A stretch of 64,000 nucleotides of DNA. It comes from Sumerlaeia bacterium. GTDB taxonomy: Bacteria > Sumerlaeota > Sumerlaeia > SLMS01 > JAHLLQ01. The notes beneath the pieces were generated by a model that saw only the letters and a list, made by a program, of their open reading frames with translations, did no database searches and was not told where the DNA came from. Position numbers and translations under genes: made by a program. Below, piece by piece: positions 21,365-30,890 of this stretch (its first letter is position 1; each line of letters begins with the position of its first letter). Location of the stretch: assembly GCA_040219255.1 (NCBI GenBank), contig JAVJSW010000060.1, forward strand, positions 256,001 through 320,000, written 5' to 3'.

Positions 21365-21440
21365 TCCTACTTGCGGGTAGGAATTAGAGGCTAATCCCAT
21401 GCCAACGCAAGGCGATTTCCTACTTGAAGGGTAGGAAATC
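21365..21440. promoter_or_regulatory. Two palindromic operator-like sites upstream of cysH
   Basis: TCCTAC-N6-GTAGGA (21365-21382) and GATTTCCTAC-N7-GTAGGAAATC (21414-21440). Confidence 0.7.
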
Positions 21441-21457
21441 CCGTAAGCGGAGGATTC

Positions 21458-23485
21458 TCAGCGCACAGACCAACCGGTCGGCGTGTCCACGGCTAGAGCG
21501 AATTCGCCCAGTTCGGTCAGGTCCGCAGCCGTGACGCGGTTACGGGCGTGGTCCCATGTGACGCCGGCAAGCAATTCGTCCCATGGGGCGTCGGGGCTGG
21601 GCCGGTGCATCAGGCGCAGGCCGCTCTCGCCGAGGCTCTGCACGTCGTCACCGATGTAGTCGAACTGCACCGTGGCGGTGTCCCATGGGGTTCCTTGGGC
21701 CGAAAGGGTCCACCGCGTGCGGGCGGTCTGGCTTGGGTTCAAACCAGTGAGGCCGCCGGTGCCGGTGGTCATCTCCACGATGACAAGGCGCGAGGAAGCG
21801 GGTTCGCCCTTGGCGGCGGACTGGAATCCGGCGGAGACGCGGGCCTGTGGCGGCAAGTGCCCGTCTGGCCCGACGGAGCCAATGGGGTAGAGGTGGCTTC
21901 GATCGGCCGGCAAAATCCGCCGGTAAGTCACCGTGGCCGGGCGGTCTTCGATCAGGCGGCCGGGATAAAGGACCCAGCCGGCGCTGTAGAGTTCCTGAAC
22001 ACTCATGCTGAGCGGGCTGACGGCGAGATCGTAGTAACCGTCGCCATCCAGGTCGCCCGCCAGGTCCACCGTCTCGCCAAACTTGGCGCGGGCCACGGCG
22101 CCTTCGATTTGCCAGCCCGTGGCAGGTGTGAACTCCGACAGGCGCAGGGTTTCGGTGCCGCTCTGGCCATAAACGATGTAAACGCTGCCGGTGTCGATCA
22201 GGGCCCCGAGGCCGGTGTTGTGCGCGCCCAGGGCCAAGTCCATGTGGCCATCGCGGTTCAGGTCGCCAAGGCCACAGCCATCGATCCCCAGGTTATGGTG
22301 AGCGGCGGCGGCATGGATTCGATAGCCCGGCTGAGCGACACCGATGTCTTCCAGTCGGAAGCTTTGCCACTGTGAAGTCCCAAAGACGACGTAAGCTATC
22401 CCGGATGCCGGATTTCCGTCGGAGGGATCGATTCCGGCGCCCAGTAAGATGTCGTGAAATCCATCACCGTTCACGTCGCCGAGCCCACTGGCCTCTGTGA
22501 TGCCGACGAATCCCCCGGTCTTGCGGATCGTGACTCGGCCCGGGCCGGGTTCGGTCAGCGAGAAAGGGGCGAAGTCCTCGCGGCCAAAGATCAGAACCAA
22601 CGAGTCCTCGGCGGTTCCGGTTCCATCATCCGGGCGGACGCAGAAGTCCCCCAGCCCGTCGCCATTGAGATCGCCCAGGCCAGTGAAGCCCGAAGTCACG
22701 GCGTCGGAGCTAACCTTGACCGCTGTCATCTCGATCGCCCGGCCGTTCGCCACCATGGCGGGCAAGGGCTCCGGAGAGCGGCCACGTTGGCCAAAGATCA
22801 GATAGGCGGAGTCATCCACCGTGGTGGAGCCGGTTCCGGACGCGGCGATGAAATCCGGAATCCCGTCGCCGTTCACATCGCCCAGGCCTGCCAACTGCCT
22901 GCTGAAGAAATCGCCCTCGGCCAGGCCGTCGATGTCGTAGCCGCGGGGCGGAAAGATTTCAAGGTCCGTCAGGTCGCTTAACTCGGCGCCACCAAACAGG
23001 ACGAAAGCCCGGCCCTTGCGGTTTTCATAGCGCTCGGAACTCAGACCGAAATCCGCGAACCCATCACCGTCCAGATCGCCCAGCGCCGTGATCGAGCGCC
23101 CCGTGTCCCGAGGGACGAGGTTCTCGTGAATCCGAAAGCCCAGGCCATTCTGGGACAACGTCTCCAGGTTCAGGAGAGGAGACGTTTCGCGCGCGCCGAA
23201 GACGACAAAGTTCTCGGTCCATTCCCGCGATGCCCCGCCTACCGACCCGATCAGCAAGTCCCCCAGTCCATCGCCGTTCACATCCCCGATGCCGGCGTTG
23301 TTGGGGCCGGTCAAGGCATAGCCTTTTGGTTCCTTGTGGAACACAAAACCGAAATCGCGGGCCTCGAGTTCCGTGATGGAAACTCGGTTGGACTGCGCGG
23401 CCAGCGGCATCGCGCCCAGGCAGCCGAGCAGCAAACTGGCGAGTTGGAGGGTGCGGCGGCTGGCGGGGGAGGGCGAATCGGACAT
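21458..23485 (-). CDS. Secreted FG-GAP (integrin-alpha-like) repeat protein
   Basis: Seven GDxNGDG/GDLDGDG-type repeats with AYxxFG blades; signal peptide; ends TPTGWSVR. Confidence 0.88.
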   Translation of the reverse strand: MSDSPSPASRRTLQLASLLLGCLGAMPLAAQSNRVSITELEARDFGFVFHKEPKGYALTGPNNAGIGDVNGDGLGDLLIGSVGGASREWTENFVVFGARETSPLLNLETLSQNGLGFRIHENLVPRDTGRSITALGDLDGDGFADFGLSSERYENRKGRAFVLFGGAELSDLTDLEIFPPRGYDIDGLAEGDFFSRQLAGLGDVNGDGIPDFIAASGTGSTTVDDSAYLIFGQRGRSPEPLPAMVANGRAIEMTAVKVSSDAVTSGFTGLGDLNGDGLGDFCVRPDDGTGTAEDSLVLIFGREDFAPFSLTEPGPGRVTIRKTGGFVGITEASGLGDVNGDGFHDILLGAGIDPSDGNPASGIAYVVFGTSQWQSFRLEDIGVAQPGYRIHAAAAHHNLGIDGCGLGDLNRDGHMDLALGAHNTGLGALIDTGSVYIVYGQSGTETLRLSEFTPATGWQIEGAVARAKFGETVDLAGDLDGDGYYDLAVSPLSMSVQELYSAGWVLYPGRLIEDRPATVTYRRILPADRSHLYPIGSVGPDGHLPPQARVSAGFQSAAKGEPASSRLVIVEMTTGTGGLTGLNPSQTARTRWTLSAQGTPWDTATVQFDYIGDDVQSLGESGLRLMHRPSPDAPWDELLAGVTWDHARNRVTAADLTELGEFALAVDTPTGWSVR

Positions 23486-23569
23486 TGCAGAGGGCTTTTC
23501 TATGATTTGTCGTCTGCCCGATTTCCTAGCCCTCAGTTTAACGCTGGGCAATCGAAATGGCGGCGGGCC

Positions 23570-23833
23570 TTAGCCCCCGCTCACCGGTGGCATCAGGGCC
23601 AGGCAGTCGCCGCTTTGCAGGAGGGCATCCGCTTCGGCCCATTCTTCGTTGATGGCGATCAGGATGCTGGCGCGCCAGCGATCCAGCTTGGGATGGGCTT
23701 CGATCAGTTGGCCGATCAGGGAGTCGGCGGTGGTGCCGGCGGCAACTTCCACCACTTCCCGCTCGCGCCCGGTGGCGTCGCGCAGGGCCTGGAAATAGAG
23801 GACTTCGATGATCAGGGGGTCGGGCATTGTCAT
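23570..23833 (-). CDS. moaD: MoaD/ThiS family sulfur carrier protein
   Basis: VLYFQALRDATG, AINEEW, C-terminal LMPPVSGG; ATGA overlap with the UDG stop. Confidence 0.85.
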   Translation of the reverse strand: MTMPDPLIIEVLYFQALRDATGREREVVEVAAGTTADSLIGQLIEAHPKLDRWRASILIAINEEWAEADALLQSGDCLALMPPVSGG

Positions 23834-24600
23834 CTCTTTCCGAAAACGTCCATGACCTTTTGCATGTCCTCCCAGACGACGCGCTTCTTGCGGGGGTCGC
23901 GCAGGAGGTAGGCGGGGTGGTAGGTGGGCATGACGGGGATGCCGCGCCATTCCATCCAGGTGCCGCGCGCGCGCGTCATGCTGAGCCGGGCGTGTTCGGG
24001 CATGAGGCCGACGAGGGCGGTCTTGCCGAGGGTGACGATGACCCGGGGCCGAACGATGGCGAGCTGCTCCTCAAGGTAGGGCAGGCACATGGCCATTTCG
24101 TCGGGTTCGGGCTGGCGGTTGCTGGGCGGGCGGCATTTGACGACGTTGCCGATGAAGACGTCTTCGCGCTGGAATTTCATGGCGGCGATGATTTTGTCGA
24201 GCAGTTCGCCGGCGCGGCCGACGAAGGGGCGGCCGGTGGCGTCTTCGTTGGCGCCGGGGCCTTCGCCCACAATGGCGAGTTCGGCGGCGGGGTTGCCTTC
24301 GCCGGGCACGGTCTGGGTGCGGCTGTGGCAGAGGCGGCACATGGTGCAGGCGGCGATGCGCTCGGCGGCGAGGCGGTCGAGCGCATCGCGGCGCTCGGCC
24401 AGGGGCATGCCCTCTCCGTGGACGAGAGCGGGACCGTGATCCGCGGACGGTGCGGCCTCGTGGTCGAAAAGATCCACGCCTGGCTCGTCCGCGGGCGATT
24501 CGGCGGCCTCGGCGGTTTCGATGCCTTCGAGAAACCCGAATCCGAGCGATCGGTACAAGGCCAGTTGGTGCTTGAGAGGGTCGGGCGTGGGGCGTTGCAT
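23830..24600 (-). CDS. Uracil-DNA glycosylase family 4 (Fe-S)
   Basis: CTMCRL, VGEGPG..ED..GRPFVGRAG, NVVKCRPP, TYHPAYLLR. Confidence 0.95.
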   Translation of the reverse strand: MQRPTPDPLKHQLALYRSLGFGFLEGIETAEAAESPADEPGVDLFDHEAAPSADHGPALVHGEGMPLAERRDALDRLAAERIAACTMCRLCHSRTQTVPGEGNPAAELAIVGEGPGANEDATGRPFVGRAGELLDKIIAAMKFQREDVFIGNVVKCRPPSNRQPEPDEMAMCLPYLEEQLAIVRPRVIVTLGKTALVGLMPEHARLSMTRARGTWMEWRGIPVMPTYHPAYLLRDPRKKRVVWEDMQKVMDVFGKR

Positions 24601-24819
24601 GGGCGGAGGAGACCTCGAGGGATCGGTCGGGGGGGGCGCTCGGGCGCGATGACGGGATGACGGTAGGGGGGAAGGCCGGGGGATGCAACGGCTACGCCAG
24701 TCTGGCGGAAGAGAATGTTGACATCCGCGCCGGTCGAACCCACCGTTGATTCAGGTCGTCCCTCCGCCTGTCCCTCTGGGGTGCGCGGGTGGCGGGCCGC
24801 GATGGAGGGATCGTTGGCA

Positions 24820-24848
24820 TTGACAGCCTGGTCCATCGACCGCAAAAT
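24820..24848 (+). promoter_or_regulatory. Putative sigma70-like promoter of the pseudopilin cluster
   Basis: TTGACA-N17-CAAAAT; a second TTGACA-N17-CACCGT at 24718-24746. Confidence 0.45.
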
Positions 24849-24860
24849 GAAACTTCATCG

Positions 24861-25430
24861 GTGAAGTACCGGCTATTTTCAGGAAGTGCCCAGCTCTTGC
24901 CCAGGTTCTCTCGACTCAACCATCGACGCGTTCGCGCCTTCTCCCTGGCGGAGATCATGGTGGTGGTGGCGATTCTGGCGGTTGGGTCGACGATCGCGCT
25001 TTACAGCTATTCCAGCTATCGGCGCACCCTGTCGGTCAATTCCACCGGGCGCAAGGCGCAGGCGATGATGGTCACGGCGAAAAACCTGGCGATCAACTCC
25101 GGGCGGCCCGTCCAGATGGTGGTCAATCTGGACAAGGAAACCTTCTGGATCGACGGTCTCGACCGGAACGGCAACCTGGACAAGCCGAAGATTTATCCGG
25201 AAGAGCAGGCCGCGGAGTTCGTTCTGATCGAGCGGCTGAGGGTCGGACCCGACGTTTTCGATTCGGGCATTCACAGCATTCTGTTCGAGCCCGACGGCCG
25301 CAATCGCTTCGTGGTGGTGACGTTCCGCCGCGAATTCGACGATGCGACGGTGGCGGAGAACTACACTTCCATTCGCCTTTTCCCTTCGTCCCGCGAGCCC
25401 CAATTCCTGGAACGCACTCGCCTGGAGTAA
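24861..25430 (+). CDS. GspH/FimT-like minor pseudopilin
   Basis: RRVRA|FSLAEIMVVVAIL prepilin motif; AKNLAINSGRPV; ILFEPDG. Start uncertain. Confidence 0.8.
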   Translation: MKYRLFSGSAQLLPRFSRLNHRRVRAFSLAEIMVVVAILAVGSTIALYSYSSYRRTLSVNSTGRKAQAMMVTAKNLAINSGRPVQMVVNLDKETFWIDGLDRNGNLDKPKIYPEEQAAEFVLIERLRVGPDVFDSGIHSILFEPDGRNRFVVVTFRREFDDATVAENYTSIRLFPSSREPQFLERTRLE

Positions 25431-25437
25431 CCCCGCC

Positions 25438-25893
25438 ATGCGCCAGTCCGCCGTTCGCCGCGGCTTCACCCTTGTCGAGGTCCTGGTGGCCCTAGCGATC
25501 CTGCTGACGGGCATCGTGGCCATCGTTCAGCTCTTTCCCGTCAGCCTGCGAGCCAACACGGACGCGGCGCTGAAGGGCTCGGCGGTGATTCTCGCCTACC
25601 AGAAAGTCGAAGAAATGCGCCGCGACGAGTACCCGCTGCGCAGCGACAGCTTCACCGCCACGGTCCGGAATCTGGAAGGGGAAACGGACCCGGTGGCCTG
25701 GCCGGAAGATCCGCGGCTGACCTATTCCTACTCCGGGTTGAGCGCCGTCCTTGGCGACTTGCCGGAGGACCCCGGCGACCCGCGCACGGGGCGCGGCGTG
25801 GCCCGCGTGATCGTGCGCCTCAGCGAGAGCTTCGACCCGCAAACGCCGGTGATCTACGAACTGCGGTTCTACGGCGATCCGCTGGCCCCCTAG
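25438..25893 (+). CDS. GspI/PilV-like minor pseudopilin
   Basis: RRG|FTLVEVLVALAILLTGI...AVILAYQKVEE. Confidence 0.85.
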   Translation: MRQSAVRRGFTLVEVLVALAILLTGIVAIVQLFPVSLRANTDAALKGSAVILAYQKVEEMRRDEYPLRSDSFTATVRNLEGETDPVAWPEDPRLTYSYSGLSAVLGDLPEDPGDPRTGRGVARVIVRLSESFDPQTPVIYELRFYGDPLAP

Positions 25894-26036
25894 CCGGCTT
25901 TGGCCTTCCTCTCTTTCTTTAGGACAAAATCGCAGGTGCCAATTTCTTCCGGTTGCCCCACACTTCCGGCAGTGTGGAATGTCCCTTGCACATTTCGCCA
26001 CGGAACCTCGATTTCTCCGGTACGGACCCCGCGCCG

Positions 26037-27128
26037 ATGACGCAACGCTCCCCGAAAATCCGCCCCCGCACGCCGCTCGAGAGCCGGCGGCGGCGCTCTC
26101 GCGCCTTGAGCCTGACGGAGTTGATGGTGGCGATGACGGTGACCCTGGTCTTCACAGGGAGCGTCGTGACCGCTTTCCTGCAGATTTCCCGCGCCGCCGA
26201 TGCCTCCGAGGCGCAAATCCGCGCCCATACGCGGGCCCGGGCGGCCCTCGATATCATCGCCCGCGACTTGCAGCGCGTCGCCTTCGACGTCAACCTCGAC
26301 AACTCCATGCCCTCTCCCCAGCCCCAGGTCTTCAAAGTTCAGAGTCAAACCCTGGGCCACGGGGATTTGCGCGACAACGATGGCGACGGACAGGTGGACG
26401 AGGAAGTGGTCAACGGTCTGGACGAAGACTGCGACTGGGTGGATACGCACGCCGAAGCGGATCCGGGAGGCGGATCGCCGCCCCTGATCGAGCGCGCCGC
26501 CTACACCGTCATCCCCGACTTGGGCGACGTCGCAGTGGACGAGGACAATCGTTTCTCGCGCGACATCCTCACGCTTCGCCTCCCCTCGGTGCGCACCAAT
26601 GAGTTGGGCGAACCCTTGACGGAGCAAATCACTTACCGCCTCGACGACAGCGCGAGCTTTGGCAGCGAATGGGTGCTGCTCCGCCAGAACGTCATCATCA
26701 ACGAAGTGACCATGGAGTCGGAAGTCGAAATCGAACCGGTCGTGTTCGACGTGGTGAGCCTGGACATTCTGCCGTGGAACGCGAACGACGATGTTACGAG
26801 CAACATCCTGACGGCGTGCGCGGCGCCTTCCCAGTACGGACCTTACTACGTGTCCGATTTCGATTCCGGCGATTATTTCAACAACCCGGCGCGCCGACCG
26901 TTCTATGCGCCGGCCGGCATTCCTCCGTTTCCGTTTCCCGCGGCCGTTTACGTGCGCGTCACGGTGAACGCGGAGCCCATCCCGCTGGAGGAGTTTTCCG
27001 GCTGGCGCCCCGGCGATACCGCTTTGGATCGCACGCCGCTGAAGACGCTGAGCCTGGGGATGGTGGTGACGCTGGACGAGACGGTGAGCCAAACGAATTA
27101 CCGCGATTACGGAATGCCAAGGATGTGA
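26037..27128 (+). CDS. GspJ/PilW-like minor pseudopilin
   Basis: SRA|LSLTELMVAM...ARAALDIIARDL; QITYRL...LLRQ. Confidence 0.8.
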   Translation: MTQRSPKIRPRTPLESRRRRSRALSLTELMVAMTVTLVFTGSVVTAFLQISRAADASEAQIRAHTRARAALDIIARDLQRVAFDVNLDNSMPSPQPQVFKVQSQTLGHGDLRDNDGDGQVDEEVVNGLDEDCDWVDTHAEADPGGGSPPLIERAAYTVIPDLGDVAVDEDNRFSRDILTLRLPSVRTNELGEPLTEQITYRLDDSASFGSEWVLLRQNVIINEVTMESEVEIEPVVFDVVSLDILPWNANDDVTSNILTACAAPSQYGPYYVSDFDSGDYFNNPARRPFYAPAGIPPFPFPAAVYVRVTVNAEPIPLEEFSGWRPGDTALDRTPLKTLSLGMVVTLDETVSQTNYRDYGMPRM

Positions 27129-27220
27129 CGCCTCGTCTTTCCTGACCTAAAGTTGACTTTTCGGTGGCCACGGTGCCCGAACCCGCGAATTTTCCCCCCA
27201 GGACGGACTCCTGAATTGCT

Positions 27221-29776
27221 ATGGCGAACATGATGCGCCCCACCAGACAAGGCAGGATCGGCGGCCCCGCGAACCGGGGATCGGCGATTCTTTTGGTGAT
27301 CGCCATCCTTTCTATCCTGGTGCTTCTGGCCATCACGCTGTCGTTCACGAGCCGGCTGGAAGTGGCCTCGGCGGAGAACTTCGCCAATGGCGTCCAGAAC
27401 CGCGTGGCCACGGAAACCGGCGTGGAGGAAGTGGCCTTCGCCCTGGCGTATCAACTTCCCAGCGGCCCGACGGGAAAGCTCGATCTGGCTCTGAGTTCCG
27501 AGCACCGCGGGCAACGCGAGCGCGCCATCGCGAGCGAATCGCTGGCATGGCGGGGCTTCCGCCTGACGCCCGCCACTCTCTCGCAACCGGCGGTCACCGC
27601 CGCCGCAACGCAGCAGACTTCAAACCGCAGCCTGCGAACCAACGCCTCCGGCGCCCTGATCCCCTATCACGAAACGGAAAACTCCGAGGTGGTGGTGCTC
27701 GACGCCTCCGCCCGGGTTAACGTCAACGCCGCGCCTTACGAAGTGCTGGCCGGATTTTTCGACGCCCACGGGGCCGAATCGGGCCACGCGGTGGACGCCG
27801 ACGCGCTGGCCCGGGCCATCGTGGCGGTGCGCCTGGGGCCCGACGGGGCGCCGGGCAAGAAGGACTTCGACGACGATTACGACACGCGCGAGGGCCTGGC
27901 CGAATTGCTGCGCGAGGAAAACCCGGAACTGGCCGGCCGCCTGGACCTGCTTCTGCCAGAACTTCTGCAGTCCATCCGCGAACCTTACGGGGACCTGCCG
28001 GAGGGCGAGGAGGAATGGCGCGCCGCGGCCCGCAAGGCCTTGATGACCAACACGGACGAGAGCGACGAGTACGTGGCGGACCTTCGGCTGCCGCCCCTGG
28101 GCGACGACATCCGCTTCGGCAAGCTGTCGGACCTGCTGCGCTACGAGCTTATTCGCGACGCCGGCCTGACGCCGGAACTGCTGGAAAGCGCCCGGCCCTA
28201 CCTGACGGTCTTCAGCGCGAGCGAGGACGATCTGCTGCGCGCTGACGCCATCGCCCGGGTGGACGCGAATCGCGCCACGGCGGAGGAAATCCGCGACGGC
28301 CTGCGGACGCTCTACGGCGACTCGGGCAAGAACGGCGTCCTCCTGACCCAATTCGCCGCCAATGTGGCCGACGCCCGGGACTTCGACAGCGTGCCGACGA
28401 TCTTCCACGGCTCGACGCGCGAGGACACCGTTCTCGGCTTCGAACGCACGCCCTATATCACGGAAGTTTATCCCGATTCCCTGACCGACGACGGGGAAGG
28501 CGACGACGGCCAGTTCGTGGAACTGTACAATCCCTGGACGGAACCTTTCGACCTGACTGGTTGGTCGCTGCGCGGCGCCGGGACGGCGTTCGCCATCACC
28601 GGTTCGATCGCGCCGAAGGGCTACCTGATCCTGACCGATGACCTGGACAGCACGTCCGACGACTCCGAGGACCTGATCGAGGGCACCGGCAGCCTGTACC
28701 ACGTTTTCGGCGTGGTGGCCAACGGCCGCCAGCGGCGCGCTCTGGAAAGCGCCGGTTTCGCCCTGCCGCACACAACCTCCGGGCCGGTGACGGTGGAGCT
28801 GGTGAACGCGGACGGGGACCTGGTGGATCAGTTCACCTACCGCCCCGGCGCGCGTCCGACGGAAGGCATCTACTCGTTCCAACGGACAAACCCGCTGGTG
28901 CGCTCGGTGGAACGCCTGCGCGCGACGCCTTTCGGTCTGCCGGCGGCGGAATTGCCCGATGATCCGGACACCTTCGACCGGTTGGCGCTGGCGCCGATGA
29001 ATGGGCCCTTTGCCGATGTGACGGATGTCCTGATGGTTTTCGCCGGGTTCCACGACGCGGACTCGGGCGAGGAAAACCTGTGGGGCTATCCGGTGCTGGC
29101 CACGCCCAAGAGCCCGCGGCCGGACGACGCGCTGGCGGCGGCGGACCCGCTGGCGATCGATGCCCGCGTGGTGGATCTGCTGACCGTGGGCACGACCCCG
29201 CCGGCGATCAAGGCGAAGCGCACCTCGCGCAACGAGCAGGTGGCGTCGCTCTTCGCGGCGGACACGCGCCAGGACATCGCGGCGAGTTACAGCCGCGGCG
29301 ATGTGGACGATCTGGCGGTGCAGCGCCTGACGGGTGTGGCTCTGGGCCGGGCGGTGACGGCAAACGTGCGGCACGGTCTGATCAATGTGAACACGGCGCC
29401 GGAGACGGTGCTGGCCGCGGTGCCGGGCTTCGGCGCGCGGACGGCGGCGGTTCTGGCGGAGCGGCGCGGCCGCGAGGAATCGCAGGCCCGGGCCGGCGGC
29501 CTGGGCGATGGCCTGCTGTACCATCGGCTGAGCGATCTCCTGGTGGACGACGCGCTCTACGGCGGGGGCCAAGGGGTCTCGCGCGAGGAGCGGCTGGCCC
29601 GCTTCCGGTCGATCGCGCCCTACGTAGCCTTCAATTCGCGATCCTTTGTGCTTGTCGGACAGCCCAAGCTGGCGACAGAGTCGGGGCAGGACTTGCAGGA
29701 AGCTTTGCGGACGGAGTGGCTGGTTGCGACGGACCGGGGAACGCCCGAGACGATCGCCCGCCGGCCGGCCCGCTGA
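27221..29776 (+). CDS. Enlarged GspK-like pseudopilin with lamin-tail-like domain and HhH motifs
   Basis: NRG|SAILLVIAIL (no Glu+5, typical of K); DASARVNVNAA; PYITEVYP...FVELYNP...DLTGWSL; INVNTAPETVLAAVPGFG. Confidence 0.8.
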   Translation: MANMMRPTRQGRIGGPANRGSAILLVIAILSILVLLAITLSFTSRLEVASAENFANGVQNRVATETGVEEVAFALAYQLPSGPTGKLDLALSSEHRGQRERAIASESLAWRGFRLTPATLSQPAVTAAATQQTSNRSLRTNASGALIPYHETENSEVVVLDASARVNVNAAPYEVLAGFFDAHGAESGHAVDADALARAIVAVRLGPDGAPGKKDFDDDYDTREGLAELLREENPELAGRLDLLLPELLQSIREPYGDLPEGEEEWRAAARKALMTNTDESDEYVADLRLPPLGDDIRFGKLSDLLRYELIRDAGLTPELLESARPYLTVFSASEDDLLRADAIARVDANRATAEEIRDGLRTLYGDSGKNGVLLTQFAANVADARDFDSVPTIFHGSTREDTVLGFERTPYITEVYPDSLTDDGEGDDGQFVELYNPWTEPFDLTGWSLRGAGTAFAITGSIAPKGYLILTDDLDSTSDDSEDLIEGTGSLYHVFGVVANGRQRRALESAGFALPHTTSGPVTVELVNADGDLVDQFTYRPGARPTEGIYSFQRTNPLVRSVERLRATPFGLPAAELPDDPDTFDRLALAPMNGPFADVTDVLMVFAGFHDADSGEENLWGYPVLATPKSPRPDDALAAADPLAIDARVVDLLTVGTTPPAIKAKRTSRNEQVASLFAADTRQDIAASYSRGDVDDLAVQRLTGVALGRAVTANVRHGLINVNTAPETVLAAVPGFGARTAAVLAERRGREESQARAGGLGDGLLYHRLSDLLVDDALYGGGQGVSREERLARFRSIAPYVAFNSRSFVLVGQPKLATESGQDLQEALRTEWLVATDRGTPETIARRPAR

Positions 29777-29904
29777 ACCGGGTTGCGAGAATGGCGGCGG
29801 CGCGCACGGAGTTGACACCGGGCCGCCTCCGCCCCACCTTTTGTAAGACTGGAGGGTTTGAGCCCCCAAGCCCAAACCCGAATCCGAAGAGGAGCACGAC
29901 CTCC

Positions 29905-30825
29905 ATGGCAATCCCAGGAATGACGAGACGAACACGGCAGCGCGCTTTCACCCTGGTGGAACTCGTGATCGTGGGCGCCCTCATCGCCCTGTTCTCCGGG
30001 CTGGCCATCTTCGGCGTTCAGCAGCAGTTCCGCTCGAACACGCGCAAGGCCATGATCGGCGAAACCCGCCAATTGGCCCAGGCGCTCGATTTCGCCTTTC
30101 AGGATGTGGGCTTCTTTCCAGTACCTTGCTTCCTGGACGACAGCCGGACAACCTTCGAACTCAGCAGCCAGCAGGTCTTCGCTGGCGATCCCAACCGCCT
30201 GTACTTGAACATGGGTGTGTATGACATCCTGCCGCTCAACCAGATCGCCAACGTTCGCGAGAACTGGCGGGGGGCGTATTTCTCCGCGTCGCAATCCCGC
30301 AGCGCGGTGGCTCAGGGCCGGGGCGGTTCGAAGAAGATGGTTCTGCCGCTGGTGTCTCCCGATTTCGCCTTCGATTGGCCGGCGGACACCTACAACAATC
30401 CGTACATGATCTACATGCTGGACATCGATCCGGCGAGTACCGCCACGAACCCGACACTGCGGTTCACGGAGAACAGCACGCAGAACACGGGCAATTACGT
30501 CAATGCCGTCGTGAGCTACGGTCTGAACCAGGTGCCCGGTGGCGGCGATCTGTTCCAGGCGACAGGCAATTTCGACGACATCGCCGATGGTGGCCCCTAT
30601 GGCCTGCGGCTCTACACCGGCAATCCGAACAACACGGAACTGCCGCTGACTTATCTTTCGCCGGCGACGCTGACGCAATCGGCGGCGGATGCCCGGGCGA
30701 ACGCCTGGACAACGGAATTCGCCCAGAACGCGGGGATCATCAATCGCCTCGCTCTGAACAACGATCTCAATGACCAAGTCGCCATCACCGATTCCGGTTC
30801 GGACGATGTGGTTTTCAGCTTCTAA
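29905..30825 (+). CDS. Enlarged GspG-like pseudopilin 1
   Basis: QRA|FTLVELVIV; WRGAY; DTYNNPY; SYG; DDVVFSF. Alternative start at 29920. Confidence 0.8.
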   Translation: MAIPGMTRRTRQRAFTLVELVIVGALIALFSGLAIFGVQQQFRSNTRKAMIGETRQLAQALDFAFQDVGFFPVPCFLDDSRTTFELSSQQVFAGDPNRLYLNMGVYDILPLNQIANVRENWRGAYFSASQSRSAVAQGRGGSKKMVLPLVSPDFAFDWPADTYNNPYMIYMLDIDPASTATNPTLRFTENSTQNTGNYVNAVVSYGLNQVPGGGDLFQATGNFDDIADGGPYGLRLYTGNPNNTELPLTYLSPATLTQSAADARANAWTTEFAQNAGIINRLALNNDLNDQVAITDSGSDDVVFSF

Positions 30826-30890
30826 CGTTTTTTCTCCGCTTGATGACGAGTTTTTCGAATAAGGGACCCCGATCCGTGATACGCGTACCG

